A DNA stretch of 20,000 nt from an uncultured virus (IMG/VR IMGVR_UViG_3300027975_000004) (IMGVR_UViG_3300027975_000004), one strand, 5' to 3'; positions 1-9,544 are shown, numbered from the stretch's first letter. The notes: a model not told the origin generated them from the letters alone. Made by a program: numbers and translations.

Positions 1-30
1 CGCGGATTTTACGTCAGTCTGCATCCCCAT
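1..30 (-). CDS. 5' end of next virion-module gene (MGMQTDVKSA..., runs off window)
   Basis: ATG at 30-28 with GGAG RBS at 40-37, directly after the stop of 44-520; open to the window edge. Confidence 0.6.
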   Translation of the reverse strand, partial: MGMQTDVKSA

Positions 31-43
31 GATGCGCTCCTAA

Positions 44-520
44 TTAAGCGCTAACAGGGTTAGCAGTGCCGTTAGGCGCACGCTGCGCGTAGTTCACGGT
101 GACAATGAAACGACCCGAGCCCAGTGTAGCTGTGCCGGTGACGTTCCGAATCCACACGGTTGTATCGGCGGTGGTGGAGGTCTGCCATGCCAGCTGAGTA
201 GCGGCTGTCGTGGTGCCTGTGAAACGACCGCCAGCGGTTGTGGCTACAGCAGCGGAGAGTTGTGCGCCACCGGAAGCATTGCCCACCGAAACCGTAGTTG
301 TGCCTGTGGTCGAAGCAACCACTTGGTCAATCACGATGTTGATGATTTGCGCGCCTTGCGGCAGGATGATGCCCGAGTTGATGTCGAGCGTGCCGGTAGT
401 AGTACCCGTCAGATCGCCAGAATCATAAGCTTGGGTAAGCACAACCAAGCCAGTGTTGCGGCCAGCGCCTTCGCGCACAGTGCCCGAGCGTACGGGACCG
501 GAGAAAGTAGAAAAGCTCAT
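44..520 (-). CDS. probable virion structural protein, Thr/Gly/Ala-rich, beta-strand-like
   Basis: 158 aa, GAGGA RBS, co-oriented downstream of the capsid gene; composition typical of minor structural proteins. Confidence 0.7.
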   Translation of the reverse strand: MSFSTFSGPVRSGTVREGAGRNTGLVVLTQAYDSGDLTGTTTGTLDINSGIILPQGAQIINIVIDQVVASTTGTTTVSVGNASGGAQLSAAVATTAGGRFTGTTTAATQLAWQTSTTADTTVWIRNVTGTATLGSGRFIVTVNYAQRAPNGTANPVSA

Positions 521-529
521 ATTGTCCTC

Positions 530-601
530 ACATGCGAGTTCGGTATGGGCGTTTGCATGTCATCGTCCGGGGACGTCGCGCATACCGGGGTAAGCCCCGG
601 A
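530..601 (-). ncRNA. candidate structured 5' leader (interleaved pseudoknot) of gene 44-520
   Basis: three complementary pairs in interleaved order: UCCGGGG/CCCCGGA, CGGUAUG/CAUACCG, ACAUGC/GCAUGU; the last abuts the RBS. Confidence 0.45.
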
Positions 602-609
602 ATACATAC

Positions 610-638
610 GTTTTAGCACGTAGGTAGTGGGGGGTCAA
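610..638 (-). promoter_or_regulatory. possible sigma70 promoter for gene 44-520
   Basis: TTGACC-17 bp-TAAAAC with extended -10 TG, just upstream of the structured leader. Confidence 0.4.
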
Positions 639-1254
639 GGGCGTTTGGAAACGCCAACGCTGCGGAGTCATCCGGCAACAAGTTTGACTTGCGCAAGTTC
701 TCTGCGCGAGTAATAACTCGCAGGTTCCACGGCACATGCAGCCCGCACACGGTGTCTGATCGCAAGGGGTAGATATGGTCAACTACGTACGCTTCCCCAG
801 TCGTTTTGGTCATTGTGATAGCAATCTGATACAGCGCTCGCATTTCAGATTTTTGTTTGCGCGTGATCCACGGTGGAGTGGCTTGCCTGTGCTTGCGACG
901 CCGCGCTTTAGTGTCTGCCCGAACCCAAACAAGATTTCGTTCTTTCCATGCTGTTTGATAGGCCCGTTTTTGATCTTTGGTTTGCAATTTTGCGCGGGCG
1001 ATTACTTGCTCGCGATTTGCCAAATACCAATCATGTTTTTGCTCTTTTACTACGTCATTGCGGTTGTAGGCAGCAAAGTAATCTGCCCGAGTTACTGCCC
1101 CACGTTTCCACTCGTCTCGTAAACATTCAACACAGGCGCCTTTGGTTTTGCGGGGCGCGATGTGCCCGTGCTTGCACGGCTCGCCAGTAAAGTAGTACTT
1201 GGCCCCAGTTGCTTTCGCTTCAGCGCGAGTTTTTGGCAGGTCTTTTGTGTCCAT
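613..1254 (-). CDS. HNH endonuclease (free-standing, homing type)
   Basis: C-terminal VDHIYPL...CGLHVPWNLRVITRAENLRKSN HNH motif; N-terminal CKHGH..CVEC putative Zn site; AAGGAG RBS. Confidence 0.9.
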   Translation of the reverse strand: MDTKDLPKTRAEAKATGAKYYFTGEPCKHGHIAPRKTKGACVECLRDEWKRGAVTRADYFAAYNRNDVVKEQKHDWYLANREQVIARAKLQTKDQKRAYQTAWKERNLVWVRADTKARRRKHRQATPPWITRKQKSEMRALYQIAITMTKTTGEAYVVDHIYPLRSDTVCGLHVPWNLRVITRAENLRKSNLLPDDSAALAFPNALDPPLPTC

Positions 1255-1332
1255 ATTCGCTCCTTTAGATTTAGTTACAGGTAATCCTAATTAACTGTAC
1301 CAAAGTCTTTGTGAGAAAACAAGCTGGACAAC

Positions 1333-1358
1333 AAAAAAGGGGCCGAAGCCCCTTTTTT
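1333..1358. terminator. bidirectional intrinsic terminator after the capsid gene
   Basis: AAAAAAGGGGC-CGAA-GCCCCTTTTTT (UUCG loop on the minus strand). Confidence 0.9.
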
Positions 1359-1377
1359 GCTACAAATCAACTACTTA

Positions 1378-2289
1378 TCAGCTCGCGCCGGGCGAACCAA
1401 ACACACCCAGAGGATCGCTGACCCCAAAGGAATAGCGTTCGCGGGCCTTGTAACGGGTGTTGCCCGTTTCGAAGTCTCCATCCATTCCGGTCTGCATCGG
1501 AGTACGGACGAAATGCTTCATGCCGTTAGGCACGTCGGTCAGCAGGAACCAGCCGTTGATGTCGGTCAAGAAGTGATTGACCGCGTAACCTTCGGGGATC
1601 GAGCCGTTGTTCTTCAGCGCGTTGATGTCGTTGTCAGTGGTGCCGACACGCAGCTCTGTTTCGAGCAGGCGAGTTGCAACGAACATCAGTGCGGGCGGAA
1701 CAACCAACTTACGGGGCTTGGCAGCGATCAGCAGGCCACGCTCGTCTGTCCAAGCAGCGATCTGAATGACAGCGGCTTCAAGCGAAGTCTCATTCAAGTC
1801 AGCGCCAGTAGACGGGCGGTTGCTGTTTGTTGCGCCATTGACCAGCGGGTGGTCTGTAGCGAACAGAGTCTTGCCGTCGCCGTAGGTCGGGCCACCAGCA
1901 AAGCCGTTGTTCAGAATCGAAGCGGCTTTGACTTGCTTGGTGTAGGCCATACCACGGGCCAGCGCCTTGGTATAACGAGCAGACAGGCTGTCGTACAAGT
2001 TATCTTCAATCGCTTCTTCAGTGATCGAGAAACCAAGGGCGATGGTTTCGTGTGTGTAGCGCGCCGTCCAAGCTTCTTGGGCGTTGTCGTACACAATTGC
2101 GGAACCTTCGTTTTTGACCGGCGCTTGACCGAAACCAGACAGCTTGGTTTCTTCTTCAAACGAACGCTCGGAAGTCTCGATTTCGTAGATTTCCTTGTGC
2201 TCTTCGCCGTAGCGCTTGTACTCCAGACCGAACAACGCATTCAGGCCCGGGAGAAGTTCTTTGAGTAGCTGTGAACGTGAAATAGCCAT
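1378..2289 (-). CDS. major capsid protein
   Basis: 303 aa, MAISRSQLLKELLPGLNALFGLEY...RYKARERYSFGVSDP resembles a phage MCP family; AAGGAG RBS; followed by a terminator. Confidence 0.9.
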   Translation of the reverse strand: MAISRSQLLKELLPGLNALFGLEYKRYGEEHKEIYEIETSERSFEEETKLSGFGQAPVKNEGSAIVYDNAQEAWTARYTHETIALGFSITEEAIEDNLYDSLSARYTKALARGMAYTKQVKAASILNNGFAGGPTYGDGKTLFATDHPLVNGATNSNRPSTGADLNETSLEAAVIQIAAWTDERGLLIAAKPRKLVVPPALMFVATRLLETELRVGTTDNDINALKNNGSIPEGYAVNHFLTDINGWFLLTDVPNGMKHFVRTPMQTGMDGDFETGNTRYKARERYSFGVSDPLGVFGSPGAS

Positions 2290-2301
2290 GCTTCAGTCTC
2301 C

Positions 2302-2964
2302 TTAGACGCCGAGCGAGTTGTAGTAAGAGTGCACGCCCTGATTGAACTTGACCACAAACTCGGGGTACAAATCAGATTCAGTGCCGCGCACAACATCAAC
2401 AACGCGCATTGCGGTAGCAGCAGTAGTCACCAGACCGGCACCGTTGGAGCCGACAATCAGGTTGACGCCGGAATTGCCTGTACGGGTGTTGCCCGCAGTG
2501 ACAAAACCAAGGGCGGCATTCTTGCCGATAGCGCCAGACCAGCCGGAGCCGTTTGTGCCGCTGTTGAATGTGCCCAGAGCGGCTGTGCCTTGAATCTGGA
2601 ACAGTGCATCAGGATCATCAACCACGCGAACAAAAATGTCAGTGTAGCCAGCAGTGACCGCGTTGGCGGGCAGGTACTGGGCAAACTGTTGCTGGTTCAG
2701 ATTGGGGGTAACGTAGCGAACGCCAACGCACACACCAACGATACCGGCAGTTGCGTCAGCAGACGTAGCCGGAATCTTGATACCAACTGGAGTTGTAGTG
2801 ATGGAAGCCGGTTCGCCAGTGCTAGCAAGAGCGATCACATCGCCAGCGAAGATCGCGGCGGCTGTGTTAACCGAGAATTTGTATTCGCGGAATTGACCCG
2901 CGAAGACCTGACCGCCGACCAACTGGATCGGACGCAGGCCATAAGGAGAAAGCGTAGACGCCAT
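2302..2964 (-). CDS. probable capsid decoration/auxiliary head protein
   Basis: 220 aa, Gly/Ala/Thr-rich, PYGLRP...VVDDPDALFQIQ; directly upstream of MCP; AGGAG RBS. Confidence 0.65.
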   Translation of the reverse strand: MASTLSPYGLRPIQLVGGQVFAGQFREYKFSVNTAAAIFAGDVIALASTGEPASITTTPVGIKIPATSADATAGIVGVCVGVRYVTPNLNQQQFAQYLPANAVTAGYTDIFVRVVDDPDALFQIQGTAALGTFNSGTNGSGWSGAIGKNAALGFVTAGNTRTGNSGVNLIVGSNGAGLVTTAATAMRVVDVVRGTESDLYPEFVVKFNQGVHSYYNSLGV

Positions 2965-2976
2965 GTGTAGCTCCTA

Positions 2977-3411
2977 TTAGGTTCCGTTACCGAAAGTGAC
3001 CTTGGATTTTTTCTCTGCGAACAGAGGCATCCGAGGATCATTCTCGCGCATAAAAGTGTTATCAACTGCGTGCATCTGATTTTCCGCTTGCGTGCGATAG
3101 TACGCATCACGGTCTTCAGCCATCTCAGTGGGGATTTTGCAGAGCATCAAACCACCAATCACGATATTGTCGCGGTGCTTATCATTTTCGATAGCAGCCA
3201 GCTGAATCTCGGGGTGAGCCGACGCCTTAACCGGTTCCCAACCTTCACGAAGTTTTGCGGAAACATTCATGGGATCAGCTTGGTTCATCGTGGACATACG
3301 TACCCAGCGAAATACATAGCCCTGTTCAGGGGTAGGATCAGGCAGCAAGGAAGCGGGTGCCCAGCGGCGCTTACGAATTGCCGCATCACGTGAAGTTCTG
3401 TTCTCAGCCAT
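2977..3411 (-). CDS. conserved phage head-module hypothetical protein
   Basis: 144 aa, FRWVR...KLREGWEPV...IGGLMLCK; overlaps the upstream gene. Confidence 0.75.
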   Translation of the reverse strand: MAENRTSRDAAIRKRRWAPASLLPDPTPEQGYVFRWVRMSTMNQADPMNVSAKLREGWEPVKASAHPEIQLAAIENDKHRDNIVIGGLMLCKIPTEMAEDRDAYYRTQAENQMHAVDNTFMRENDPRMPLFAEKKSKVTFGNGT

Positions 3412-4351
3412 TTTGTTTCCTCATGTCTTCAGCAACCTGTCGAGCGTACTGCTCCAAAGTTAGACCAAGCCGTTTGGCAATAGCCTGTTGCGATGTTGTC
3501 AGTACGATTTTTCGGGGTGCGGCAGTGCGGGTCGCAGGAGCCACTACCGGTTTACGGCGTGGTTTCTCGTCTGGTTCAGATTCCTCGAACTGATCGGGGA
3601 ACACTTGGCGCATACGACGGTTGATAGCGTCGTAGTATTCGTCGGATTGAAGGTCGACACCTTGCTTGTACAGCTTGTTGTGCAGCCCCAACGCAAAACT
3701 CGTCATCTCATCGTCAGACCCGAACCACGGATTATCTTGTGCCCATGCAGCGACTCGGGAATCTAACGGAGCTTGCGGCTGTGCCGGAGCGTTATTTTTA
3801 ATTTCTACAGGAGATTCTTCCTCTTGTAAAGTCGGCAGCCTAAAGTTAGCCACTCGATCCGCTTTCAGCTTGGCGGATGTCATGTTTTCTTGGGCTGTTG
3901 TTACCTTATCTGGGTCGCCTTCTTCGTAGGCCGCACGAAACTGAGCCTTGGCTTGGGCCAATTCAACATCAGCGGAGCGTTTAGCTTGTTCGAGGAGTGC
4001 TTCCTGATTCTGATTAACGGTACTTTTGAGCTTTTTATTCTCTTCAATGATCGACTGCGCCAGCTTCAGTGCTTCCTCGCGCTCACGCAAGGCGGATTCT
4101 TTCGCCCGACGCTCGTCGTGATAGCCCCGCGTGAAGTGCTGAATACGCTTCTTGACCTTGTCCGAATAGCCTTCCAGCTCATCCTCAGTCACGTCTGTCG
4201 GCGGCTCAGCAGGCTTGCGCCCGCGATCTTTCGCCGGCGTATCGTCGACTACCTCAACTTCGAACTCATTGTCGTCGGCTTCAGCGGCGGGGGCTTTAGC
4301 CTTGGCCTCTTCCTTGTCGGGATCGGGAAACTCAAATTCAAACTTTTCCAT
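3404..4351 (-). CDS. probable capsid scaffolding protein
   Basis: 315 aa: acidic N-terminus, coiled-coil middle, NPWFG motif, C-terminal QQAIAKRLGLTLEQYA; between portal and MCP. Confidence 0.7.
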   Translation of the reverse strand: MEKFEFEFPDPDKEEAKAKAPAAEADDNEFEVEVVDDTPAKDRGRKPAEPPTDVTEDELEGYSDKVKKRIQHFTRGYHDERRAKESALREREEALKLAQSIIEENKKLKSTVNQNQEALLEQAKRSADVELAQAKAQFRAAYEEGDPDKVTTAQENMTSAKLKADRVANFRLPTLQEEESPVEIKNNAPAQPQAPLDSRVAAWAQDNPWFGSDDEMTSFALGLHNKLYKQGVDLQSDEYYDAINRRMRQVFPDQFEESEPDEKPRRKPVVAPATRTAAPRKIVLTTSQQAIAKRLGLTLEQYARQVAEDMRKQNG

Positions 4352-4360
4352 ATACCCTCC

Positions 4361-4729
4361 TTAAGGGCGGCTAATGCCACGGGGATCAGCAACAACAGCC
4401 TCGATGCTGTCGTCAGACATGAGGCGATACTCCACCCCTCGGAAGGTAAACCGCGTGCCGCTGTTGCTGCGGAACATCACGTACTCACCGGCGGAACACC
4501 ACGGCCCATGCGGGAACCGCTCAGGGTCTTTGTATGCCTGCGAGCCCATGTCCAGCACCAGCCCGATGGTCGACAGCACCTTCTCGTAGTGCACAGTCTT
4601 GGCATCTTTAACAATGCCCGATTCATACGTCTCGTCGACCACAGGCAGGGCGATCAGCAGCATGTAACCGACGGGTTTCGGCAGTTGCTTCTCGATCTCT
4701 TCTTCAGTGAATACGGGCTCAGTCATCAT
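4361..4729 (-). CDS. GroES/Cpn10-like co-chaperonin
   Basis: LPKPVGYMLLI...TYESGIV...GLVLDMG...GEYVMF...GVEYRLMSDDSIEAVV follows the Cpn10 pattern; start placed at the ATG overlapping the upstream stop. Confidence 0.85.
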   Translation of the reverse strand: MMTEPVFTEEEIEKQLPKPVGYMLLIALPVVDETYESGIVKDAKTVHYEKVLSTIGLVLDMGSQAYKDPERFPHGPWCSAGEYVMFRSNSGTRFTFRGVEYRLMSDDSIEAVVADPRGISRP

Positions 4730-4916
4730 CTCGTTCCAAGTAGTTCTGCTCAAGGTCTGTAATCGCTGCTACTGCGTGGGTCAGCCCTCGGACGACCCCA
4801 CACAGCTCTTTATACGTTGCGTAATCCCCCGCCTTGCCTTCAGCGAGGTGATTACTTATCCGCACACTCTCCCCCTCCAGATTGCTCCGGAGGGCTTCAA
4901 ACACTGTCTTCGCCAA
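4719..4916 (-). CDS. small conserved phage protein after portal
   Basis: 65 aa, DYATYKELCGVVRGL; GGAG RBS; tightly packed in the operon. Confidence 0.75.
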   Translation of the reverse strand: MAKTVFEALRSNLEGESVRISNHLAEGKAGDYATYKELCGVVRGLTHAVAAITDLEQNYLERDDD

Positions 4917-7403
4917 TTATTTCTCCTTGGGTTTTCGTTGCTGCTGCACTACGGTCTTCATCAGGTCCATCTTCAAACGATCTGCATTCTGCTTGTCTTG
5001 TGCTTGGAGCTGCGCGCCACTCTTCTGCGCGTCGAGCAACAGGCGCTGTTCCTCAAGAGACAGGCGACGGTCAGCCTGCTTGGCATCGAGCGCATCCTTC
5101 TGGGCCTTACGCTGGATGTCTTGCTGCTTGACCTGCAACTCCTGCTGCTGAATCTGCAACAGCGGGTCCTGAGCTTGCTGCTGAGCCTGCTGCTGGGCGG
5201 CCTGACTCTGGTGCATCTGCACCAGCTGCTTGGACGCATCGGCCACGAGGCGCGACAACTGCACCTCAAACTCCTCCGGCAGGGGCTTGTCCGGGGGCGG
5301 CAGAGGCACGCCAAGCTGTTCCTCGATCTGCTTGCGATAGCTGTACCCCAAGTGCTCGGCAACGTGCGCCATTAGAGCGGCCTGCATCTGCTGAGCCATC
5401 GGATTCTGGCCGAGTGTTGCGGCAATCATCGGGTCTTGCAGAAACGTCATGTGCGCGGAGATATGCGCATCGTGATCTTGGTAGATAAACGCTTTGACCG
5501 GCTTGCCGATCATCACTGCCATGTTCTCGGAAATCGGATCGCGTGGCGTCTGGTCCTCGGGCATCGGCAGAATCTTGTCGGCGTTCTTTACGCCCAACAC
5601 CTCGATCATCTGTCTGTGCAGGTACGGCAGGTCATAAATCTGAGGCGCAGCCTGCGCCATCTGCATAATCGCTTGATACTGCACAACCCGCTGGGCCATT
5701 GTCGAGCTGTTCGGGTCGCTGACCGGGATCACCTCAGTCGTCGCGTAGTCCTCGCGCCGTGCCTTACGGTTAGCGTGGCTGGGCTTGTAGTCATACTGGC
5801 TGGGCGCATACTCAGCGATGAGTGCCTTCAGCAGCTTGAACTCCTGCTTCATGGCGTAGTGCACACGCGCCTGCACCGCAGCCATCGGCTTGAGAGTGCG
5901 CTCCAGAATAGCCAGCGTGGTGCCCACGGGCGCGTTCGCGCTCATATCGCTAACATTAAGATCGCTGATAGCCCCTAAACGTCGGCCTTCTTCTGTGATC
6001 TGGTTCAGCAGGGCGAGCAGAACTTGAGACGGCTCCTTGTACGGCAGCGGCATGATGTTGTCGCGGATGGCCCCCGAGGGGATGTCCACGTCCCGGAATT
6101 CTCCGGGTGCGATGGGCGTGTCGTCGCCCTTGATACGCATGCCACGGGCCTTGAGGCCACCCGGCAAGTTATTCAGCGTGCCCGCGTCCACCAGCTGACG
6201 GATGAGTGAGGTGCCTGCGCGTGCGTAGCCGCCGATGATGTGGATCAGCCCAAGGCCATAAAACCCAAACCCAATAATGTACGGGTAGTGTACGAAGTGC
6301 TGGCGCTTGAGCGGTGTCGGTGTGGGCCGTTGTGTCGCAGTCCCCGTGGGGTGTGCTGGCGACGGCAGGTGCGGCTCCCAGTTACGACGGATAGAGAGAA
6401 TAGTCTGTGACCCACGGTCGAGCGTTACAACGTACGGGGACGGCAAGGGTGAGAGATTGTCTTCGTCTTCTGCTGCGTCGAACCCGGGAATGACGAGGTC
6501 TGCGTGGCACTCAAACAGCGAATACCGATTGTCATCAGTGATCGTAAAGCCCGAGTCCTCAGCCTTCTTCTTCTCGAGGTCGGTGTGATACGACCGCGCT
6601 TCGCCCAAGTCCACGTCCCGATAAAACTCGGATGCCTGCAACTTCTGCATCTCCAGCTTGGTTTTGCGCAGGATGTGCGTCACACGCTCAGCGGTGTTTA
6701 GATCGGTGGCACCCCACGGCACAATAATGTCTTCAGCCGGCACGGTGATGCTAACTTGCCGGTCAAGGTTAGGGTCAAAGTAGACCTTCTTGAACACGCT
6801 ACCCGCCAGCGCCAGATTAAACAGAGCCCGCTCGTGCTCCGTCCGATACTCGCTCATCACTTCCGTGATCTGGTAGTTCATGTCGTCCCGCACACGCTCC
6901 GCCGCTTTCTCTTTCTCCGGCGTGGATTCTCCGAGGATCAGCGTCTTCACGGGGCCAGCGGCAGGGAATGTCTCCTGCATAGTCTCAGCTTGGAACCGAA
7001 TGGCAGCTTCCGACAAGACGGCACTGTACACACCACAGGCGTCTTCCCAAGGCTCCATCCGCTCTTCATACTTCAAGCCCAGCACTTCCATACCTTTGAC
7101 ATACGTCTCAACCCAGTCTTTTCTGGATTGAATGTCGGTCTCGACTTCGTCGATCAGGTCTGAGGCCAGTGTGGCAAGGACGGACTCATCGAGGTAGTCA
7201 GCCAAGTTGGCATCAAATGAAATGTCTTCGTCGGTGTCGGTAGGAGAAGTGGATTCGCCAAGCGTAATCTCAATCGACCCATCGTCGAGCTGGGTCTGTG
7301 TCGAGGGAGAGTCGTCGAGGTCGAGGTCGAGCTCAAGCTGGAACGGCTCGTTGTCGAGCAGCGGGTTGGCGGAGGTCAGCGCCTTATCAACGTTTGTTGC
7401 CAT
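4917..7403 (-). CDS. portal protein
   Basis: 828 aa after the terminase; GSVFKKVYFD, FYGLG, LVDAGTLNNLPGGLK; long Gln-rich coiled-coil tail as in podovirus-type portals. Confidence 0.9.
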   Translation of the reverse strand: MATNVDKALTSANPLLDNEPFQLELDLDLDDSPSTQTQLDDGSIEITLGESTSPTDTDEDISFDANLADYLDESVLATLASDLIDEVETDIQSRKDWVETYVKGMEVLGLKYEERMEPWEDACGVYSAVLSEAAIRFQAETMQETFPAAGPVKTLILGESTPEKEKAAERVRDDMNYQITEVMSEYRTEHERALFNLALAGSVFKKVYFDPNLDRQVSITVPAEDIIVPWGATDLNTAERVTHILRKTKLEMQKLQASEFYRDVDLGEARSYHTDLEKKKAEDSGFTITDDNRYSLFECHADLVIPGFDAAEDEDNLSPLPSPYVVTLDRGSQTILSIRRNWEPHLPSPAHPTGTATQRPTPTPLKRQHFVHYPYIIGFGFYGLGLIHIIGGYARAGTSLIRQLVDAGTLNNLPGGLKARGMRIKGDDTPIAPGEFRDVDIPSGAIRDNIMPLPYKEPSQVLLALLNQITEEGRRLGAISDLNVSDMSANAPVGTTLAILERTLKPMAAVQARVHYAMKQEFKLLKALIAEYAPSQYDYKPSHANRKARREDYATTEVIPVSDPNSSTMAQRVVQYQAIMQMAQAAPQIYDLPYLHRQMIEVLGVKNADKILPMPEDQTPRDPISENMAVMIGKPVKAFIYQDHDAHISAHMTFLQDPMIAATLGQNPMAQQMQAALMAHVAEHLGYSYRKQIEEQLGVPLPPPDKPLPEEFEVQLSRLVADASKQLVQMHQSQAAQQQAQQQAQDPLLQIQQQELQVKQQDIQRKAQKDALDAKQADRRLSLEEQRLLLDAQKSGAQLQAQDKQNADRLKMDLMKTVVQQQRKPKEK

Positions 7404-7423
7404 TGGGTCGGTCCTTAATTGGG

Positions 7424-8926
7424 TCAGTAGTAGCCGCCTTTGCGGCGGAAAAAGACTGGTTCATTGTCCTCGTTATCAGTCCGCAAGGACAGCAACCCGC
7501 CCTTACGCACACGTGCTAAGGCCAAGGTACAGGCGTCGACCGCGTCGTCATGCTCGGCGGCGGGGAACGATACAATCTCTTCTACGGTGGCTTGCGCCCA
7601 GTGAGTCTCCGGGAACCATACATGGCCGCTGGCAAACATGTCTGCCACGGCGTTGAGCCGTGCGATCTTGTCTTGGCCCTTGCCCGGGCTGTAGTCCTGC
7701 ACAAAGATACCGCTGCGACGCATCTCGTCGATCAGCGGCTGGCCGCTGGCCTTGGCTTCGACAATCACGGAGTCTGGCTCCCACTCTTGGTACTGGTCGA
7801 GGGCCATTTGCTTGAGCTCAGGGAACTCCCACTTGCCTTTCACTTGGTTCAGCAAGATGACATTAGTGGAATTGTCTTCCTCATGGAAGAAAACGCCCCA
7901 AGTCTGGCACACGCTATAGTCCGACCGGGTCTTGGTAGTGAGCGCCGTGTCGTATGCCTGCACAATAAAGTCGACTTTAGGCGGGTCTTCGTGCGGCCAC
8001 CACTTGATCCACTCCCGCTTGATGATGGCAGACTCCGAAGCCGTCGGATTCTGCATGTACTGCGCATTCCACTGCCACAGAATGTGCGACATCGACGCTT
8101 TTGTGCGCAGCAACGACTCAAGCGACCACTGTTCCGGCCAAAGTGACTTCGGCGGGTTGTCCGGGTCGGTCGATTCCTCATTGAGAATGGCAGGAAACTC
8201 AAAAATCTCGTACTGGTCGCCGTCCGGGTTAGTCGCGGAATCCTTAATCAAGCGTCCAATGAGGTCTCGCTGGTGCCAGCGGGTATGTAATATACATATC
8301 TTGCCGCCCGGCATGAGTCGCGTGCGTAAACCGGCAGAAAACCACTCGTATAGCGCGTCTAAAGAGTCGAAATTACCCGCTTTAATGTCCTGTTCCGACA
8401 GCGGATCGTCGGCAACGATCAGATCGGCACCTCGCCCTGCCAGCGCACCCCCCGTACCAATGGCAAAATACTCACCGCCTTGGCTGGTATTCCACTTACC
8501 GGCAGCTTTCGCGTCGGATGCAATAGTCGTATCGGGGAAAATCCTCCGATACTCGGCAGTCTGCATCAAATTCCGCACTTTACGGGCCATATCCACCGCC
8601 AATTCGGCAGTGTGTGAGGCAACAATGACCTTGTGCGTGGGGTTCTTACCCAAATACCATGCCGGGTAATAGATGGAGATCATCTGGCTCTTGCCCATAC
8701 GCGGGGCCATGCTGACAGCAATCCGATCCTTATACCCCTGCTCGACTTCTGTCAGCAACGCACCGAGCCGCTTGAGGTGCGTGCCAAACTTATAGGTGGC
8801 ATCGAGGGCTGCAATAAACGCAAGGAAGTCGTTCTGGCAGATGGATACGCGCTTGCGCGACTCCAGCTCGTCCAGCAACGCCAGCAGGTCAGCTTTCTCC
8901 GCGTCCGGCATGTGCTGGAGGTTCAT
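7424..8926 (-). CDS. terL: terminase large subunit
   Basis: Walker A MAPRMGKS, Walker B LIVADDP, coupling motif HTRWH, nuclease acidic residues YDTA and HDDAVD. Confidence 0.95.
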   Translation of the reverse strand: MNLQHMPDAEKADLLALLDELESRKRVSICQNDFLAFIAALDATYKFGTHLKRLGALLTEVEQGYKDRIAVSMAPRMGKSQMISIYYPAWYLGKNPTHKVIVASHTAELAVDMARKVRNLMQTAEYRRIFPDTTIASDAKAAGKWNTSQGGEYFAIGTGGALAGRGADLIVADDPLSEQDIKAGNFDSLDALYEWFSAGLRTRLMPGGKICILHTRWHQRDLIGRLIKDSATNPDGDQYEIFEFPAILNEESTDPDNPPKSLWPEQWSLESLLRTKASMSHILWQWNAQYMQNPTASESAIIKREWIKWWPHEDPPKVDFIVQAYDTALTTKTRSDYSVCQTWGVFFHEEDNSTNVILLNQVKGKWEFPELKQMALDQYQEWEPDSVIVEAKASGQPLIDEMRRSGIFVQDYSPGKGQDKIARLNAVADMFASGHVWFPETHWAQATVEEIVSFPAAEHDDAVDACTLALARVRKGGLLSLRTDNEDNEPVFFRRKGGYY

Positions 8927-9474
8927 TGTGCGGGGGTGGCAAACACGTCGTCAATAGTCTCATTGCGATGAGTCGGAGACGATGGCATCGTCATGTGCTC
9001 GCCTTCAATTACCTTGGACAGGCGCTCGCGCAACATCTGCTCCAGCTCTTCGGTTGGGCGATGGCGTAGCGTGATCTCGGCTTTTTCCGTGAACAACCCA
9101 ACGTCGCTGATCTTGCCCAGCAACTCAAGGGCCTTAATCCGAATGCGTGGGTCGGAGTGGGCACTCTCCAGCAACAACTTGTTTGTGATGTACGTACGTA
9201 GCTGGACGGCAGACTCTACGACTTTGGTATCGTATTCTGAAAGGATTGCCTTCAGGTGCACCACCGTCCCCGGGCTTGAGAGGTCAAGGTCTGTGGCGTT
9301 CTGCGTACCCATAAACACAGACCGCGCTGTGGTCATGTCTTCGTCCGACACCAGCACATTAGTCTCTAGTTCTGCCAGTGCTGCAAAGGCAGTATCGACG
9401 CGAGCTTGCAAGGTCTCAAACGTCGGCTGGTAATCGGAAAATTCAATGTCAGTATCTACGACTGGCGTATACAT
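8923..9474 (-). CDS. probable terminase small subunit
   Basis: ~183 aa with ATGA overlap onto terL; helical RIKALELLGKISDVGLF motif typical of TerS; start (9474 ATG vs 9480 TTG) uncertain. Confidence 0.65.
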   Translation of the reverse strand: MYTPVVDTDIEFSDYQPTFETLQARVDTAFAALAELETNVLVSDEDMTTARSVFMGTQNATDLDLSSPGTVVHLKAILSEYDTKVVESAVQLRTYITNKLLLESAHSDPRIRIKALELLGKISDVGLFTEKAEITLRHRPTEELEQMLRERLSKVIEGEHMTMPSSPTHRNETIDDVFATPAQ

Positions 9475-9501
9475 AGGCAACCCGCACTAGGGTGAGGCTC
9501 G

Positions 9502-9529
9502 AATATAGCACGGTTCTACGTAAGCGCAA
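9502..9529 (-). promoter_or_regulatory. possible promoter of the packaging/head operon
   Basis: TTGCGC-16 bp-TATATT with extended -10 TG. Confidence 0.4.
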
Positions 9530-9544
9530 GCCCGTATGGGTTAA

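Noticed and set aside
1357..2268. 303-aa plus-strand ORF and other antisense ORFs over the structural genes
   Set aside because: Shadow frames of codon-biased genes, with no RBS or recognisable motifs.
3459..3768. Half-sites GTTAGACC (3459) and TCTAACG (3762) in the scaffold gene
   Set aside because: Single arms without a partner; expected by chance.
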